From assembly GCF_902459465.1 (NCBI RefSeq), contig NC_047073.1:1612001-1676000 (forward strand): a stretch of DNA of 64,000 bases. The letters run 5' to 3'. Both the position numbers and the translations under genes were made by a program. The notes under the pieces were generated by a model. It was not told where the DNA came from, did no database searches, and saw nothing but the letters and a program-made list of their open reading frames with translations. Below are positions 63,707 to 64,000 of the stretch, one piece after another (position 1 is the first letter of the stretch; the number at the start of each line of letters is the position of its first letter). Source of the stretch: Asterias rubens. Taxonomy: Eukaryota.

Positions 63707-64000
63707 TTTTACTATTATTATTATTTATCTAATCAATTTTGTTTTCAGTAAGAATTTCAAGAAAAAAACCATGATACAGTAAGGCCATTTTGATTGTTAA
63801 AAAAATATTTGTTGCAAATATGTGACGCCAACATTTGTATTGCAATCACAGAAAGTATGAACCAGGCTTTATTCTATTGTTTTGTTTCCGGTCCCACAGG
63901 GAGTCTTTGTGACCAAGATTCAACCGGGAGGTCCAGCCGATGGCGTCCTGAAACCTGGAGACAAAATCTTGGAGGTGAACAATCGCAGCTACGAGAACAT
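49576..64000 (+). CDS. ERBIN: LAP-family scaffold, Erbin/Densin-180 (ERBIN/LRRC7 pro-orthologue); C-terminus runs past the window. Exons: 49576-49731, 49997-50114, 50525-50603, 51418-51564, 52223-52286, 52953-53027, 53322-53466, 55417-55619, 55778-55963, 56068-56170, 56651-56754, 56968-57120, 57695-57799, 58301-58426, 58847-60508, 60920-61673, 62170-62312, 62809-62901, 63900-64000+.
   Basis: N-terminal CxC plus TLDFRHCSL, a long LRR run, LAPSD ([23 protein letters not shown]; [12 protein letters not shown]), Erbin/Densin-type KRAPTPYP, a very long disordered region, then one PDZ ([40 protein letters not shown]). A single terminal PDZ argues against Scribble. Confidence 0.92.
50680..50943. mobile_element. 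MITE with about 35-bp TIRs
   Basis: CATAGAGTTATTTATAAGAACTAGAGGGCGCACTGG and CCAGTGCGCCCTCTAGTTCTTATAATATAACTCTATG. Confidence 0.75.
53940..55003 (+). mobile_element. 5'-truncated non-LTR retrotransposon (CR1/L2/Rex1-type ORF2 RT end) in a LAP intron
   Basis: KYADDT (53961-53972 encodes YADD), [53 protein letters not shown] in a single frame with one TAA at 54120. AATAAA followed by an (ATTCA)n tail at about 54975-55003. Confidence 0.88.
56196..56540 (+). mobile_element. SINE family A in a LAP intron
   Basis: Head, body and tail collinear with the copy at 34118. Confidence 0.8.
57412..57645. repeat. Two blocks of degenerate TGTGACA(T/C) short tandem repeat
   Basis: Repeated TGTGACATTGTGACA at about 57412-57460 and 57575-57630. 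Confidence 0.7.
57813..58146 (-). mobile_element. SINE family A, minus strand; further partial minus copies at about 60555-60775, 61805-62005 and 24890-25000
   Basis: Reverse complement of head (..GAAATGACACCCCA), body and (AAT)n tail. Confidence 0.75.
62335..62680 (-). mobile_element. SINE family B (same head type, different body); other copies at about 13005-13235 (+), 25560-26010 (-), 51580-51810 (-)
   Basis: Shared body CCATGTAATGGTTTACA..GCGCAATATGCTGCCAATCAAACCAGGAAC..GGCGAACCCCTT and (AAT)n tail in all copies. Confidence 0.7.
62933..63307. mobile_element. TTAA-flanked MITE family C; second copy at about 44217-44590 inside the U12 intron
   Basis: TIR TTAAAGCCATT..ACACTTTCGGT at both ends; the two copies are collinear in opposite orientations. 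Confidence 0.8.
63440..63725 (+). mobile_element. 3' end of an L2/CR1-type LINE
   Basis: Peptide [20 protein letters not shown], typical of LINE ORF2 C-termini, followed by a long (ATT)n tail. Confidence 0.7.

Overview
Eukaryotic, intron-rich, AT-rich genomic DNA from a marine invertebrate deuterostome, most likely an echinoderm (sea-star-like). The organism is inferred from gene content and repeat landscape. I reconstructed seven protein-coding genes by hand from splice sites and reading phase. In order: CFAP57/WDR65 (minus, 10 coding exons, 3' end outside the window), CZIB/C1orf123 (minus, complete, 160 aa), a ZIP1/2/3-type zinc importer (plus, single coding exon), OGFOD1 (minus, 13 exons, about 552 aa), SREK1IP1 (minus), TM2D1 (plus, with a clear U12-type minor intron), and an Erbin/Densin-180 LAP protein (plus, LRR+LAPSD+PDZ, runs off the right end). 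Introns and intergenic DNA are packed with tRNA-derived SINEs, TTAA-flanked and other MITEs, and LINE 3' fragments. The best candidate for a new system is a head-to-head CZIB (zinc-binding) / ZIP (zinc importer) pair whose shared upstream region carries five MTF-1 metal-response-element cores in 97 bp. Other highlights: minisatellites seeded at MITE termini, and an apparent pre-vertebrate-WGD gene neighbourhood. No CRISPR array, rRNA or true tRNA gene was found. No database searches were run; homology calls rest on recalled protein sequences.
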